A stretch of 64,000 nt of DNA, from contig CAVQQD010000003.1 of NCBI GenBank assembly GCA_963714975.1, positions 320,001 through 384,000 on the forward strand, read 5' to 3'. Below the pieces are notes generated by a model, which searched no databases, was not told the DNA's origin, and worked only from the letters and a program-made list of their open reading frames with translations. This document shows, in pieces, positions 1-9,136 of this stretch. Within the stretch, counting starts at the first letter, position 1. Every line of letters begins with the position of its first letter. Both the position numbers and the translations under genes were made by a program. The stretch is from an uncultured Gammaproteobacteria bacterium (GTDB taxonomy: Bacteria > Pseudomonadota > Gammaproteobacteria > JAURND01).

Positions 1-1161
1 ATAAATGTCATTTGACCATTTTAGGATATCATCACTAATATCCCCATTAAAAAATTTAGGGTCGGAGAGGACGGTGCTGAGATCAGGTCGATGGCGAGGA
101 TTTTCCTGGGTGAGGCTTCTTATTAGAGCTATTAATCGCGTTAAACTAGCTTGCTCCTCTGTGGATAGGGTACATTGCTCTTGTTGTGCTTGAGATTCTA
201 TTTCTTTAAGAGACTCTGCAACAACTTGGCATTTATTACTGCCATCAGTCTTTGAAAATTTGGAAGTAACTTGAACTCCCCAGGCTGGATAGTGAGAAAA
301 TACCGCAATTAAGCCTTGGTAGAGGGTCATCCCTAGGGAAAAGACATCAGCTTTGGGTAAGCTGGGTGGGAAAATTTGCAGTTGCAAAAGTTCTGGTGCG
401 CAATATAGGAGTGTTCCAGCCTGGTTACTCGCGTTATTGGCTTCGACCATAGTCCCAAGGTCACAGTATTTGAGGTATTCAGTACCATTATTGGTTCGAA
501 AAACCAAAAAATTCTCAGGCTTGATATCCCGGTGCACCCAGCCCTTTTGATGTAATCTGTTGGTTAGCGTGATCAGATGTTTAGCAATGAGTTCTAATGT
601 GGATAAGCTCTTGATTTTTTTGTCAATATAATGAGATAAGTCAAATTCAGCTGCGACAAAAATTTCTTGTGAAATAAATTTTGTTTTTGTGATAGGAAGA
701 TTCAAATCTTGAATTATCTGAGATTCATAAACTTCTGCAGTCCCAACTGCTCTATACGCTAAAGGCCAGGCAATAATATTGGCCGGCATGTTTTCGTTGC
801 TTAATTGCTCTAGCGTCTTGAAGGATAACTGCGAATGTCGCTCAAGGCGCACCAGAGCAGAATTTTTCTCCCACACAAATTGGGTTTCTTCGTTAGATAG
901 ATTTTCCTTGATTTCTTTAGTCTCTGCAGTTTCTTGGGTTGGATAGGGAATTCCGCGAAATTGCTGGCTAATTTTTAGTTGTTTGCTTTGGATGCGTTCT
1001 ACCTTTTTAACCTCGGAGCCCGTTGCCATTATATTTTCTTCCGCATTCTGAAATACAGAGGCTATCCAGCTAGCATTGAAATCTGGATTTGGTTTGACAG
1101 TAAGGGGCTTGTTCTGTGTTAAGCGTTCTAGCTGTTCTAACTGTTGTAACTTTTCTAGCAT
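1..1161 (-). CDS. Hanks-type Ser/Thr protein kinase, candidate Dot/Icm effector (3' end runs off the window)
   Basis: Manual translation from ATG at 1161 (MLEKLQQLEQ...) stays open to base 1. Contains WVHRDIKPEN, CDLG (DFG-like), GTLLYCAPE and ADVFSLG. Absent from the ORF track because there is no stop in the window. Confidence 0.85.
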   Translation of the reverse strand, partial: MLEKLQQLEQLERLTQNKPLTVKPNPDFNASWIASVFQNAEENIMATGSEVKKVERIQSKQLKISQQFRGIPYPTQETAETKEIKENLSNEETQFVWEKNSALVRLERHSQLSFKTLEQLSNENMPANIIAWPLAYRAVGTAEVYESQIIQDLNLPITKTKFISQEIFVAAEFDLSHYIDKKIKSLSTLELIAKHLITLTNRLHQKGWVHRDIKPENFLVFRTNNGTEYLKYCDLGTMVEANNASNQAGTLLYCAPELLQLQIFPPSLPKADVFSLGMTLYQGLIAVFSHYPAWGVQVTSKFSKTDGSNKCQVVAESLKEIESQAQQEQCTLSTEEQASLTRLIALIRSLTQENPRHRPDLSTVLSDPKFFNGDISDDILKWSNDIY

Positions 1162-1195
1162 AAAATTCCTAAGGTTTTACGTTGAGTTGTTGAGT

Positions 1196-1227
1196 ATCAT
1201 AGCAGTTCAGGCTTAGTATTTTCTTAA
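1196..1227 (-). promoter_or_regulatory. PmrA-type box plus -10 upstream of the kinase
   Basis: Minus strand reads TTAAG-aaaata-CTAAG, with TATGAT 15 nt after the start of the second half-site. Confidence 0.65.
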
Positions 1228-1306
1228 AGCTAGGTATTTAGATCAGGCAATGCGTTTGTTGGATGAGTGTATTGCTCAGCTAGCAGCTTTTTGCTATGGT
1301 TGCTCC

Positions 1307-1828
1307 ATGCGTTATTTGCTTCCCTTACTGATATTTGCAGCATTGGCGGGCTTGTTCTGGAAAGGATTACAGCAAGACCCACATCAATTGCCCTCGGCTT
1401 TTATTAATAAACCATTACCGACTTTTCGTTACTCGAGTCTTGGGGATTCTTCGCGTATCATCAGTAATCAAGCCTTGTTGGGTCATGTGTTATTGCTGAA
1501 TGTATGGGCAACTTGGTGTGTAACCTGTCGCGCAGAGCACGCGGTGTTGATGGATATCGCTCAATCTAAGCAAGTAAAGGTAATTGGGCTCAATTATAAA
1601 GATGACGAGAAGGCGGCTCAAGCATGGCTCAAGCAGTATGGCAACCCCTATCACGAGGTTATATTTGATCCGCAGGGGACATTGGGTATTGATCTTGGAG
1701 TCTATGGTACTCCAGAAACCTTTGTCATCGATGCGAATGGGGTGATTCGTTATAAACATGTTGGTCCGCTGAGTCCTAGTGCTTGGCGGGAAAAAATTGC
1801 ACCGGTAGTGAGGCAATGGTTAAGTTAA
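1307..1828 (+). CDS. ccmG: Thiol:disulfide interchange protein CcmG/DsbE
   Basis: NVWATWCVTC and GVYGTPETF motifs; N-terminal TM segment; likely start MRYLL at 1307. Confidence 0.92.
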   Translation: MRYLLPLLIFAALAGLFWKGLQQDPHQLPSAFINKPLPTFRYSSLGDSSRIISNQALLGHVLLLNVWATWCVTCRAEHAVLMDIAQSKQVKVIGLNYKDDEKAAQAWLKQYGNPYHEVIFDPQGTLGIDLGVYGTPETFVIDANGVIRYKHVGPLSPSAWREKIAPVVRQWLS

Positions 1829-2235
1829 TCCTAATGAGTTTCATTGGCCTATGTTGTCTGGCAGCCGGGGCACAAGCAGTAGAAACTTATCACTTTGCTT
1901 CCAAGCAACAGCAAGAGCAGTTCAGGTCCGTTACTCAGGAATTGCGTTGTTTGGTCTGTCAGAATGAAACCATCGCGGATTCCAATGCCCCCTTAGCCCG
2001 AGATTTACGCAGCCAGGTCTATCAGAAAATTCTTGCTGGAGAAGATAAAACTGCAATAATTCATTATTTAGTCGAGCGCTACGGGCAATTTATTTTATTT
2101 AAGCCCGCCTTTAATTCCGCTACTTGGGTGTTGTGGCTGTTCCCAGTTATCTTTATTTTGCTAGGATTTATTTTTGTGCTACACCTAATTCGCCGCGCTA
2201 AAGCTAGGATCCCCTCTCCTCCGCCTGAGCGTTAG
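1816..2235 (+). CDS. ccmH: Cytochrome c biogenesis protein CcmH
   Basis: LRCLVCQN and RYGQF motifs; follows ccmG. Confidence 0.9.
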   Translation: MVKLILMSFIGLCCLAAGAQAVETYHFASKQQQEQFRSVTQELRCLVCQNETIADSNAPLARDLRSQVYQKILAGEDKTAIIHYLVERYGQFILFKPAFNSATWVLWLFPVIFILLGFIFVLHLIRRAKARIPSPPPER

Positions 2236-2320
2236 CGAAGGAAGGTGGGAGAGGGGGTGGACGGGCCTGACTCACCCCTCATCCGGCCTGCGGCCACCTT
2301 CTCCCACAAGGGGAGAAGGA
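2208..2320. repeat. REP-like palindrome family A (CCCTCTCC...GGAGAGGG / CCTTCTCCCACAAGGGGAGAAGG)
   Basis: Two GC-rich hairpins; related copies occur throughout the window. Confidence 0.8.
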
Positions 2321-2336
2321 ATAAGAGAGGCTTACT

Positions 2337-2747
2337 ATGATAATTTTTTGGTCCATCATTATCCTCATGACATTACTGGCAGTAGGAATTTTCTTCTTCC
2401 CATTACGTCACTGGATCTTGCTTAAACCGGGTAGGGCAGTGGCGATTTCCCTTGGAACCACTTTCAGCCTTGGTCTGATGGCGGGTGGGCTCTATTGGAA
2501 ATTAGGCGCTAGTCAGCCGCTTACGGATTATTTATTAGCAGAAAAAAAACAGGCGCAGATTGTGGCCGAATTAGCTCGCTTAGGTAGCGTGGAAAACATT
2601 ATTGCTCAGCTGAAGCAGCGCGTTGAGCAGCACCCTGATAGTCGTGGTTGGTATTTGTTGGGACGTTTGTACTTACAAACTCAGCAATTCGAATTGGCAG
2701 CTCAGGCTTTTGAGAAGGCTAAATCCCTTTTAACCCCCTCTCCCTAA
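2337..2747 (+). CDS. ccmI: Short CcmI/CycH-like TPR protein
   Basis: Two TM segments, YWKLG, TPR-like GWYLLGRLY; lies after ccmH. Confidence 0.7.
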   Translation: MIIFWSIIILMTLLAVGIFFFPLRHWILLKPGRAVAISLGTTFSLGLMAGGLYWKLGASQPLTDYLLAEKKQAQIVAELARLGSVENIIAQLKQRVEQHPDSRGWYLLGRLYLQTQQFELAAQAFEKAKSLLTPSP

Positions 2748-2775
2748 CCCTCTCCCCCCTTCTAAATCTCCTCTC

Positions 2776-2912
2776 CACCCCTCCGTCATCCTGAGCTCCA
2801 CCCCTCCGTCATCCTGAGCTCCCCCTCTCCGTCATCCTGAGCGAAGCGAAGGATCTCCTGCAACTGGCATGGAGATCCCTCGTTGCAAGCTCCTCGGGAT
2901 GACGGAGAGGGG
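2776..2912. repeat. REP-like palindrome family B with tandemly amplified left arm
   Basis: About three 22-bp copies of CCACCCTCCGTCATCCTGAGCT, then GAAGGATCTCC...GGAGATCCCTCG...GGGATGACGGAG. Confidence 0.8.
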
Positions 2913-2970
2913 GGATTGCCTGTTGACGACACTGCCAAACTTTGCTATCTATGTTTCCCCGTTCTCGGAT

Positions 2971-3047
2971 GCGCCCGTAGCTCAGCTGGATAGAGTACCT
3001 GGCTTCGAACCAGGTGGTCGGGAGTTCGAATCTCTCCGGGCGCGCCA
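2971..3047 (+). tRNA. tRNA-Arg, anticodon TCG
   Basis: GCGCCCG acceptor stem, CCTGG-CTTCGAA-CCAGG anticodon arm, GTTCGAATC T-loop, CCA end. Confidence 0.93.
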
Positions 3048-3071
3048 AATTTCTCCTGAGGAGACAGCTTT

Positions 3072-3947
3072 ATGTTTCACGGCAGTATGGTGGCCTTAGT
3101 AACCCCTATGCTTGACGATGGCGTAATCGATGTTGAAAACTTACGTCGTTTGGTGGAATGGCATATTGAACAAGGCACTCAAGCTCTAGTCATTTTAGGA
3201 ACCACTGGTGAGGGTTCTACCATTAATCATGCCGAACGTGGTTTAGTCATACAACAAGTAATTGCCCAAGCGCGTGCACGGATCCCGGTAATAGTGGGCA
3301 CGGGTACTAATTCCACCGAAGTCTCTATTCACCGCACCAAAGAAGCCATGGAATTGGGCGCCGATGCTTGTTTGTTAGTGGTTCCTTATTATAGTAAGCC
3401 CACTCCAGAGGGGCTTTATCAGCACTTTAGAGCAATTGCTCAAGCGGTGCCGATTCCGCAAATTCTTTACAATGTACCGGCACGTACTGGCTGTGACTTA
3501 AAGCCAGCTACTATTGCGCATTTAAGCTCCTTCCCTAATATTATTGGCATAAAAGAAGCGAGTGGTGATATCAGTCGACTACAGGAAATTACGAGCTTGA
3601 TTGACCAAGAATTAGATTTGTTTAGTGGAGATGATGCGACTTGTTTCGATTTTATGTTAGCCGGAGGTCGGGGCGTCATTTCAGTGACAGCGAATGTAGC
3701 TCCTAAGCAAATGCGTGCGCTCTGTGATGCCACACTCAAAGGTCGGCAGGACGAGGGTAGAAAATTAAACGAGCATTTAATGGATTTACATAAAAATTTA
3801 TTCGTAGAAAGCAACCCCATTCCGGTAAAATGGGCCTTGCATAAGATGGGCATGATTCCGCGAGGAATACGCCTTCCATTGACCCCTTTATCTGAGGAAT
3901 ATCATCAAGCAGTTGGCAATTCTTTAGATAAGATTATTTCAAGTTGA
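3072..3947 (+). CDS. dapA: 4-hydroxy-tetrahydrodipicolinate synthase
   Basis: GTTGE, LYNVPART, GIKEASG and ESNPIPVK motifs. Confidence 0.97.
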   Translation: MFHGSMVALVTPMLDDGVIDVENLRRLVEWHIEQGTQALVILGTTGEGSTINHAERGLVIQQVIAQARARIPVIVGTGTNSTEVSIHRTKEAMELGADACLLVVPYYSKPTPEGLYQHFRAIAQAVPIPQILYNVPARTGCDLKPATIAHLSSFPNIIGIKEASGDISRLQEITSLIDQELDLFSGDDATCFDFMLAGGRGVISVTANVAPKQMRALCDATLKGRQDEGRKLNEHLMDLHKNLFVESNPIPVKWALHKMGMIPRGIRLPLTPLSEEYHQAVGNSLDKIISS

Positions 3948-3957
3948 GGAGAAACAA

Positions 3958-4614
3958 ATGCAGCGCTATGGAAACTTACCATCAAATCCCCTCTCCCCTT
4001 GTGGGAGAGGGTTAGGGAGAGGGGAGCTAAGACTGTTCCTTTCTTCCCTGATTCTATCTGGAGTCGTAGCTTGTACTACTACATCGCCAGAAAAAGTTGC
4101 AAGCCGAAGTCAGATCCCGCAGATACCCCAGCAGGCTCAACTAGACAGCGTAGCTTCTGTTACGGTTCCGGCGGATTTAAGTGCTTCCAATATCAAAAAT
4201 AATTATGCTATTCCTGAAGCAGAAGCGACTGAACAGCCTAGTTCTTTAGCCCCTCCAGGGAGCAATTTGCAAAAAATTCAGGCGCAAAATCAACCTGCCA
4301 CGGCGCAAGCGGCAACTTTTAGCGGCAGCAGTTTGCAGTTAAATATGCCATTTGCCACCGCTTGGAATAAGGTAGGCAGGGCCTTGCCGGCAGCTGGATA
4401 TCAAGTTATGGAAAAATACAGTTATTCTGGAACCTATTATATTTTGGATAAAGCCGGTACTGGTGGCGTAGTGAAGCGAGATACCCAAATTTATCAAGTT
4501 CATTTGCAGAAAAATGGTGATGCCACAGCCGTTAGTTTGTTAAATGATAAAAATCAGTCTGCAGATTCGGCAATCTCTGGACGTATCTTAGGCGCATTAA
4601 AAAATAAGTTGTAA
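3958..4614 (+). CDS. bamC: BamC/NlpB-like outer-membrane lipoprotein
   Basis: Lipobox VVAC; conserved dapA-bamC-purC gene order; family A REP in the N-terminus. Confidence 0.65.
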   Translation: MQRYGNLPSNPLSPCGRGLGRGELRLFLSSLILSGVVACTTTSPEKVASRSQIPQIPQQAQLDSVASVTVPADLSASNIKNNYAIPEAEATEQPSSLAPPGSNLQKIQAQNQPATAQAATFSGSSLQLNMPFATAWNKVGRALPAAGYQVMEKYSYSGTYYILDKAGTGGVVKRDTQIYQVHLQKNGDATAVSLLNDKNQSADSAISGRILGALKNKL

Positions 4615-4616
4615 AT

Positions 4617-5357
4617 ATGCTAACTAAGCAAGATTTCCGCTACTCAGGTAAGGCGAAGTCCCTTTATACGACTGAAGACCCGCATTACCTCATTATGGAG
4701 TTTCGAGATGACACCAGCGCCTTTGATGGTAGCAAAAAGGCGCAATTAACGCATAAGGGAGCGATTAATAATTGCTTCAATGCCTTTATCATGCAGCATT
4801 TAGAAGCAGCTGGGGTTGAGACACAGTGGGTCGAGTTATTTTCTGACCATGAATCGGTGGTAAAAAATTTGGACATGATCCCAGTTGAATGTGTGGTACG
4901 CAATATTGCTGCTGGCCATTTATGTAGTCGCGTTGGCGTTGCAGAAGGGATGGACCTCATTCCCCCGACTTTTGAGTTCTTTTTAAAAAATGATGCCTTG
5001 CATGATCCGATGATTAATGAATCAATCATTAGAACCCTGGGTTGGGCCAGTGAAGATGAAATGGCTTTTATGCAGCAACAATCGCTCAAGATCAATGAAA
5101 TATTAAAATCTTTATTTAGTCAGTCTGGGCTGTTGTTAGTCGATTTTAAACTCGAATTTGGGCGCTACCAACAGCATCTAATTTTAGGCGATGAATTTAC
5201 CCCCGATGGTTGCCGGATTTGGGATGCAATAACGCGTAAGAAATTAGACAAAGACCGTTTTCGTCAGGACTTGGGGGGCGTGATTGAGGCTTATGAAGAA
5301 GTATCCCATCGTTTAGGTGTTTCTTACGAAACTGGAGAGGTACCGAAGCGGTCATAA
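4617..5357 (+). CDS. purC: SAICAR synthetase
   Basis: GKAK, ECVVRN, DFKLEFG and DKDRFR motifs; stop codon lies inside tRNA-Ser. Confidence 0.97.
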   Translation: MLTKQDFRYSGKAKSLYTTEDPHYLIMEFRDDTSAFDGSKKAQLTHKGAINNCFNAFIMQHLEAAGVETQWVELFSDHESVVKNLDMIPVECVVRNIAAGHLCSRVGVAEGMDLIPPTFEFFLKNDALHDPMINESIIRTLGWASEDEMAFMQQQSLKINEILKSLFSQSGLLLVDFKLEFGRYQQHLILGDEFTPDGCRIWDAITRKKLDKDRFRQDLGGVIEAYEEVSHRLGVSYETGEVPKRS

Positions 5358-5422
5358 CGGCGCCGACTCGAAATCGGATGGGGCGCAAGCCCACGTGGGT
5401 TCGAATCCCACCCTCTCCGCCA
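5334..5422 (+). tRNA. tRNA-Ser, anticodon CGA
   Basis: GGAGAGG/CCTCTCC acceptor stem, CTCGAAA loop, long variable arm, GTTCGAATC, GCCA end. Confidence 0.92.
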
Positions 5423-5448
5423 AAATTTAATCTAAGAGGAAATTAAAT

Positions 5449-6480
5449 ATGACAACTGAATTACGCGGCAAAGAGAAGATATTGTACGAATATGCTGTAA
5501 TCCCACCTGAACGTTCCCTTCAAGCAAATCCAGGCGAGAAAACAACAGAAAAATTGCTAGAAGAGCGTATTAATGGCATTTTTCTTAATGAGATTGAGCA
5601 TATTTTAGCCGAGACGAAGGGTGGTCATTCAGAACAAATATTTTTGGGAGATTATCAAGTTACTAGTATCCAAGATGGATTGTCAGAGTCAGCGCAGGGA
5701 TTCCAGCTAACTCATGTCGGGGGTTTAGAGGATGCCAAAAAAAAAGATCGAGAAGTAGAAATTGACGAGCTTGTCGATCTCTTAAAGCAAGACCTCGGTT
5801 TTAAAGGTGGCAAAGCACCTAAATCGCCAATGCGTCGTCCTCATTGCAAAATTTGGGCAGCAGGTCAAAGTCCAATGACAAACGATCCTTTTCCTATATT
5901 TAGATTGGTTGATCCGCCCAAGGAAAATGTTTATACGTTTCTAAAACCTCTTAGTCTGGTCAAGCATTACTACTCCGCAGAGCAGCTGCTAAATGCTAAA
6001 GCTTCTGGAGGAGAATATCACGGGTTTTCTAAGGACAGGACCCGAGCTTGGTCAGATAACAAACCACCATACTATACAGCCCACTATAGGCATCTAGAGG
6101 AGAAGAGGAGCTCAAATACAACCGTACCATACTATCAGCAAGTGAAATGCTCTGATGATGATTTGGGGCATGGACTCAAGGATTTTTATTTTGACTATGA
6201 GGCTTTTAATATAAACAAGTCAACATTTGTTGCAAATACCTATAAACCAGTCAGTGCTATAGCAGCGACGGCGATAGCCGGAAATGTTTTATTTTTTCAT
6301 TTTGTATCACTACAAGACCTGAGAGCACCAATGTTTGGTGCGATCCCTGTTGTACTAGCAGAGGTCCTTCTTTTGTACCTTCTTGTAGTATCAATTAGCG
6401 CGGAATTTACTCGACAACAGGATGAATATTTTGAAACTGCTTGTATTCAAAGAGATCCTGAATCAATAGTACTAACTTAA
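5449..6480 (+). CDS. Hypothetical effector-like protein with two C-terminal TM helices, paralog of 10815-11876
   Basis: Long shared peptide blocks such as DLLKQDLGFKGGKAPKSP and YYQQVKCSDDDLG; RBS GAGG. Confidence 0.8.
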   Translation: MTTELRGKEKILYEYAVIPPERSLQANPGEKTTEKLLEERINGIFLNEIEHILAETKGGHSEQIFLGDYQVTSIQDGLSESAQGFQLTHVGGLEDAKKKDREVEIDELVDLLKQDLGFKGGKAPKSPMRRPHCKIWAAGQSPMTNDPFPIFRLVDPPKENVYTFLKPLSLVKHYYSAEQLLNAKASGGEYHGFSKDRTRAWSDNKPPYYTAHYRHLEEKRSSNTTVPYYQQVKCSDDDLGHGLKDFYFDYEAFNINKSTFVANTYKPVSAIAATAIAGNVLFFHFVSLQDLRAPMFGAIPVVLAEVLLLYLLVVSISAEFTRQQDEYFETACIQRDPESIVLT

Positions 6481-6497
6481 GAAATAGTGATGGAACT

Positions 6498-6592
6498 ATT
6501 CACCACGATTTTGCCTCTCCCCTTGGGAGAGGCCGCCGCGCCGTAAGGCGCGCGGGTGAGGGGTAAGCAGCAGTTAGCATTTAGCTAATAAA
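6498..6592. repeat. Half of a family A composite (REPIN-like) element
   Basis: Near-identical to 61447-61542. Confidence 0.8.
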
Positions 6593-6787
6593 CCTAAAAA
6601 CGGCAGTTGAAGGACTTCCTAACCCATAAAACTCTGATCAAATATCTTCCAACAAAGTACCTTTTTTTCAATTTTATGTGGGTGCTGATAAACCAAGTGG
6701 TGGCTGCAGCGACTTTCCATTTAAATATTTTCCTACTGCTTGACTCAAAATTCGATACCAACATTGATCATGTGTTAACTGCTCCGG
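6593..6787 (-). pseudogene. 3' remnant of an IS, probably IS1380-like
   Basis: Minus strand reads PEQLTHDQCWYRILSQAVGKYLNGKSLQPP...stop, followed by a CCTAAAAACGGCAGTT terminus; family recalled from memory, not searched. Confidence 0.45.
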
Positions 6788-6966
6788 GTGAGTAGACCAG
6801 GGCATTTCAGCCCCAGCCCCTCTCAGAACAGTGCATGAACCTCTCGATTCACACTGCTCCCATTAAGCAAATTCCCCAATCCAACCCATACGTCAGTGCG
6901 CAAATAAATTTCGGTTAGTTTTAGCAATATTTTCTAAAACTTTTCCTGCTTTCGCTTTACGCCCCA
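6788..6966 (-). ncRNA. Group II intron 3' fragment (domains V-VI plus decayed IEP C-terminus), class D-like
   Basis: GGAGCAGTGTGAATCGAGAGGTTCATGCACTGTTCTGAGAGGGG...GTCTACTCAC, preceded by the peptide NRNLFAH*RMG. Confidence 0.85.
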
Positions 6967-7010
6967 TCTAATTCCCATAAATGATACCCTAGGTGCGAAT
7001 AGTAATTTAG

Positions 7011-7301
7011 TCACATTGAGCTTTTTATTTGTTTTTTTAGAAGGCTATAAAAATTTTCGTGAGGGGCAAACGAGACCAAGGTTAATTCATCCGTTTCTTC
7101 TTCATAAAGGTAAGCAAGCAATATTAATTGCTGTAAAATACGAAACTTATAAACACGAATCCCAGCTAAATCTCCCTTCTTTAATTCACCAATAGGAGGG
7201 TCGTTCTCAATTTCCTCAATTGCTTCTTTAAGCGCAACCAATTGATTACGATGCAGCTTTTTCGCTGCGCGTAAGAAAGTATTGGTTCGTAAAACCTTCA
7301 T
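7011..7301 (-). CDS. RelE/ParE-family toxin
   Basis: 96 aa; GELKKGDLAGIRVYKF and C-terminal HENFY. Confidence 0.88.
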   Translation of the reverse strand: MKVLRTNTFLRAAKKLHRNQLVALKEAIEEIENDPPIGELKKGDLAGIRVYKFRILQQLILLAYLYEEETDELTLVSFAPHENFYSLLKKQIKSSM

Positions 7302-7522
7302 AATTCATCCGGATCATATTCTTGAACATTACCAAGTCGCACATCTTCGAGACCCAACAAAATTCCTTTAACAGCCTCATAGTTAAGGTCTGGATTTTCT
7401 TCAGCAATACGACCTATTTTGGCCCAGTGCTCGATCTGCTTAGGGACGGAACGGCTTTCTGCTCTAGAATAAGAACGCGCAATACTAACTAAGTCATTAT
7501 CTAAATTAACAGCAATTCCCAT
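7298..7522 (-). CDS. ParD-like antitoxin
   Basis: RSVPKQIEHWAKIGRIAEENPDL; ATGA overlap with the toxin. Confidence 0.88.
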   Translation of the reverse strand: MGIAVNLDNDLVSIARSYSRAESRSVPKQIEHWAKIGRIAEENPDLNYEAVKGILLGLEDVRLGNVQEYDPDEL

Positions 7523-7889
7523 GATCTACCTCCAATAATTTACTTAACTAAAGTATACAATATAATATTGCTTAATGCAATAAGGAATTACAATATATAA
7601 CATTACATTAAGCTTGATTATTGACTCTTCAGCCTCATTACCATATCCAACGGTCAAATCCAATTCGAATGACATTAATTAAAATGATACGGAACACTTC
7701 CGCCCTGAGAAAAGGCATAACAATTGCTAAACCCACGTAAAAACTGACTAATCCCTGAGCAAGATCAGTTAAAATCGCAGCCCGGCTCCTATCGGTTCAA
7801 CAAGAAGATAAATGTACTGTAGTGTCTACCTGTTTTGGATTCGCTTTTTACTGTATTGAGTTTGGCTTTGACCAGAATATAATAGCCGC

Positions 7890-9086
7890 ATGAAAATACA
7901 ACAAGCATTTAGATTCCGTATTGAGCCGAATGGTGCGCAAAAACGCGCGATGAGTCAGTTTGCGGGTAATGCACGTAAGGTTTGGAATTTAGCATTAGCG
8001 CGTCAACAAGAGCTCTATGCCGAAAACAAACCGTTTACCCATAGCTTTGGTATGAATCACTGGTTGTTAGTATGGAAAAAAGCAATGCCCTACCTGCAAC
8101 AATCGCCTTCCCAAACCTTGCAACAAGTCACCAAGGACCTTGATCGCGCATTTAAAAACCTCTTCGCCCACCGTGCTGCTTTCCCAAAATTCAAGAAAAA
8201 AGCTCACTCATCAGCTAGTTTTCGTTTTCCACAAGGGTTTAAGCTCGATCAAGATAATAACCGTATTTTTCTGCCAAAGTTGGGATGGATACGCTATCGC
8301 AACAGTCGCGATGTAGTAGGGAAAATTAAAAACGTCATCGTTAAGCAATGCAATGGCTTGTGGTTTGTATCAGTGCAGGCCGAGCGTGAAGAGAGTCAAC
8401 CCTTGCCAACAGCTACTACCCCAGTGGGTATCGATATGGGTATTGCACGTTTTGCTACGATGAGTGATGGGACCTATGTCGAACCCGTGAATAGCTTCAA
8501 AAAACATCAAGCACGTAACGTCGCCTCAAGCGTAAGAAAAAATTTAGTCGTAATTGGATAAAAGCCCAAAGACGGGTTCAAAAGACTCACAACACGATTG
8601 CCAATGTCAGACAAGATTTTCTGCACAAAACCAGCACCGCGATCAGCAAAAACCACGCGCTCGTCTGTGTTGAGGATTTGCAGATAGCTGCAATGTCGAA
8701 ATCTGCCCAAGGCAATTGTGAGCAGCACGGTCGCCAGGTCAGACAAAAGGCAGGTTTAAATCGTGCCATACTGGATCAGGGTTGGGGCGAATTTCGACGC
8801 CAATTAGCTTACAAGCTTGAGTGGAACGGCGGCATTTTTCTGGCGGTGGATCCCGAAAAATACCAGTCGAACCTGTCCTGCCTGTCAGCACGTTTGTGCA
8901 GACAATCGCAAAACGCAAGCTGAGTTTGTTTGCGTGCGTTGCGGCTATAGCCACCATGCCGATGTGGTTGGCGCGATCAATATTTTAGAGCGGGGGCACC
9001 GCTTGCTAGCTTGTGGAGAGAAGACGCAGTCAGGTCGCTCGAGGAAGCAAGAACCCACCGAAGCGAGTTGCGCACAGGTTGCGTAA
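7890..9086 (+). pseudogene. tnpB: TnpB RNA-guided nuclease (IS200/IS605 family), frameshifted
   Basis: N-terminal HTH; RuvC motifs GIDMG, VEDL and HADVVGA; CPAC..CVRC Zn finger; split over three frames by a short deletion near 8515 and an extra base near 8853. Confidence 0.92.
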
Positions 9087-9136
9087 CCGCAGTAGGAATC
9101 CTCGCCCTTTAGGGCGAGGAGATACCGTCTCATCTG

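Noticed and set aside
2809-3099. Short ORFs at 2809-3048 and 2869-3099 (also 27177-27521, 32229-32432, 19667-19926)
   Set aside because: They are shadows of tRNAs and palindromic repeats.
6607-6795. 62-aa plus-strand ORF
   Set aside because: It is antisense to the IS remnant and intron end; no independent support.
6788-6966. Active retroelement, retron or DGR
   Set aside because: No reverse transcriptase ORF in the window; only a decayed intron 3' end remains.
7560-7850. Possible tnpA or other gene remnant upstream of tnpB
   Set aside because: No HUH motif or sustained reading frame was recognised.
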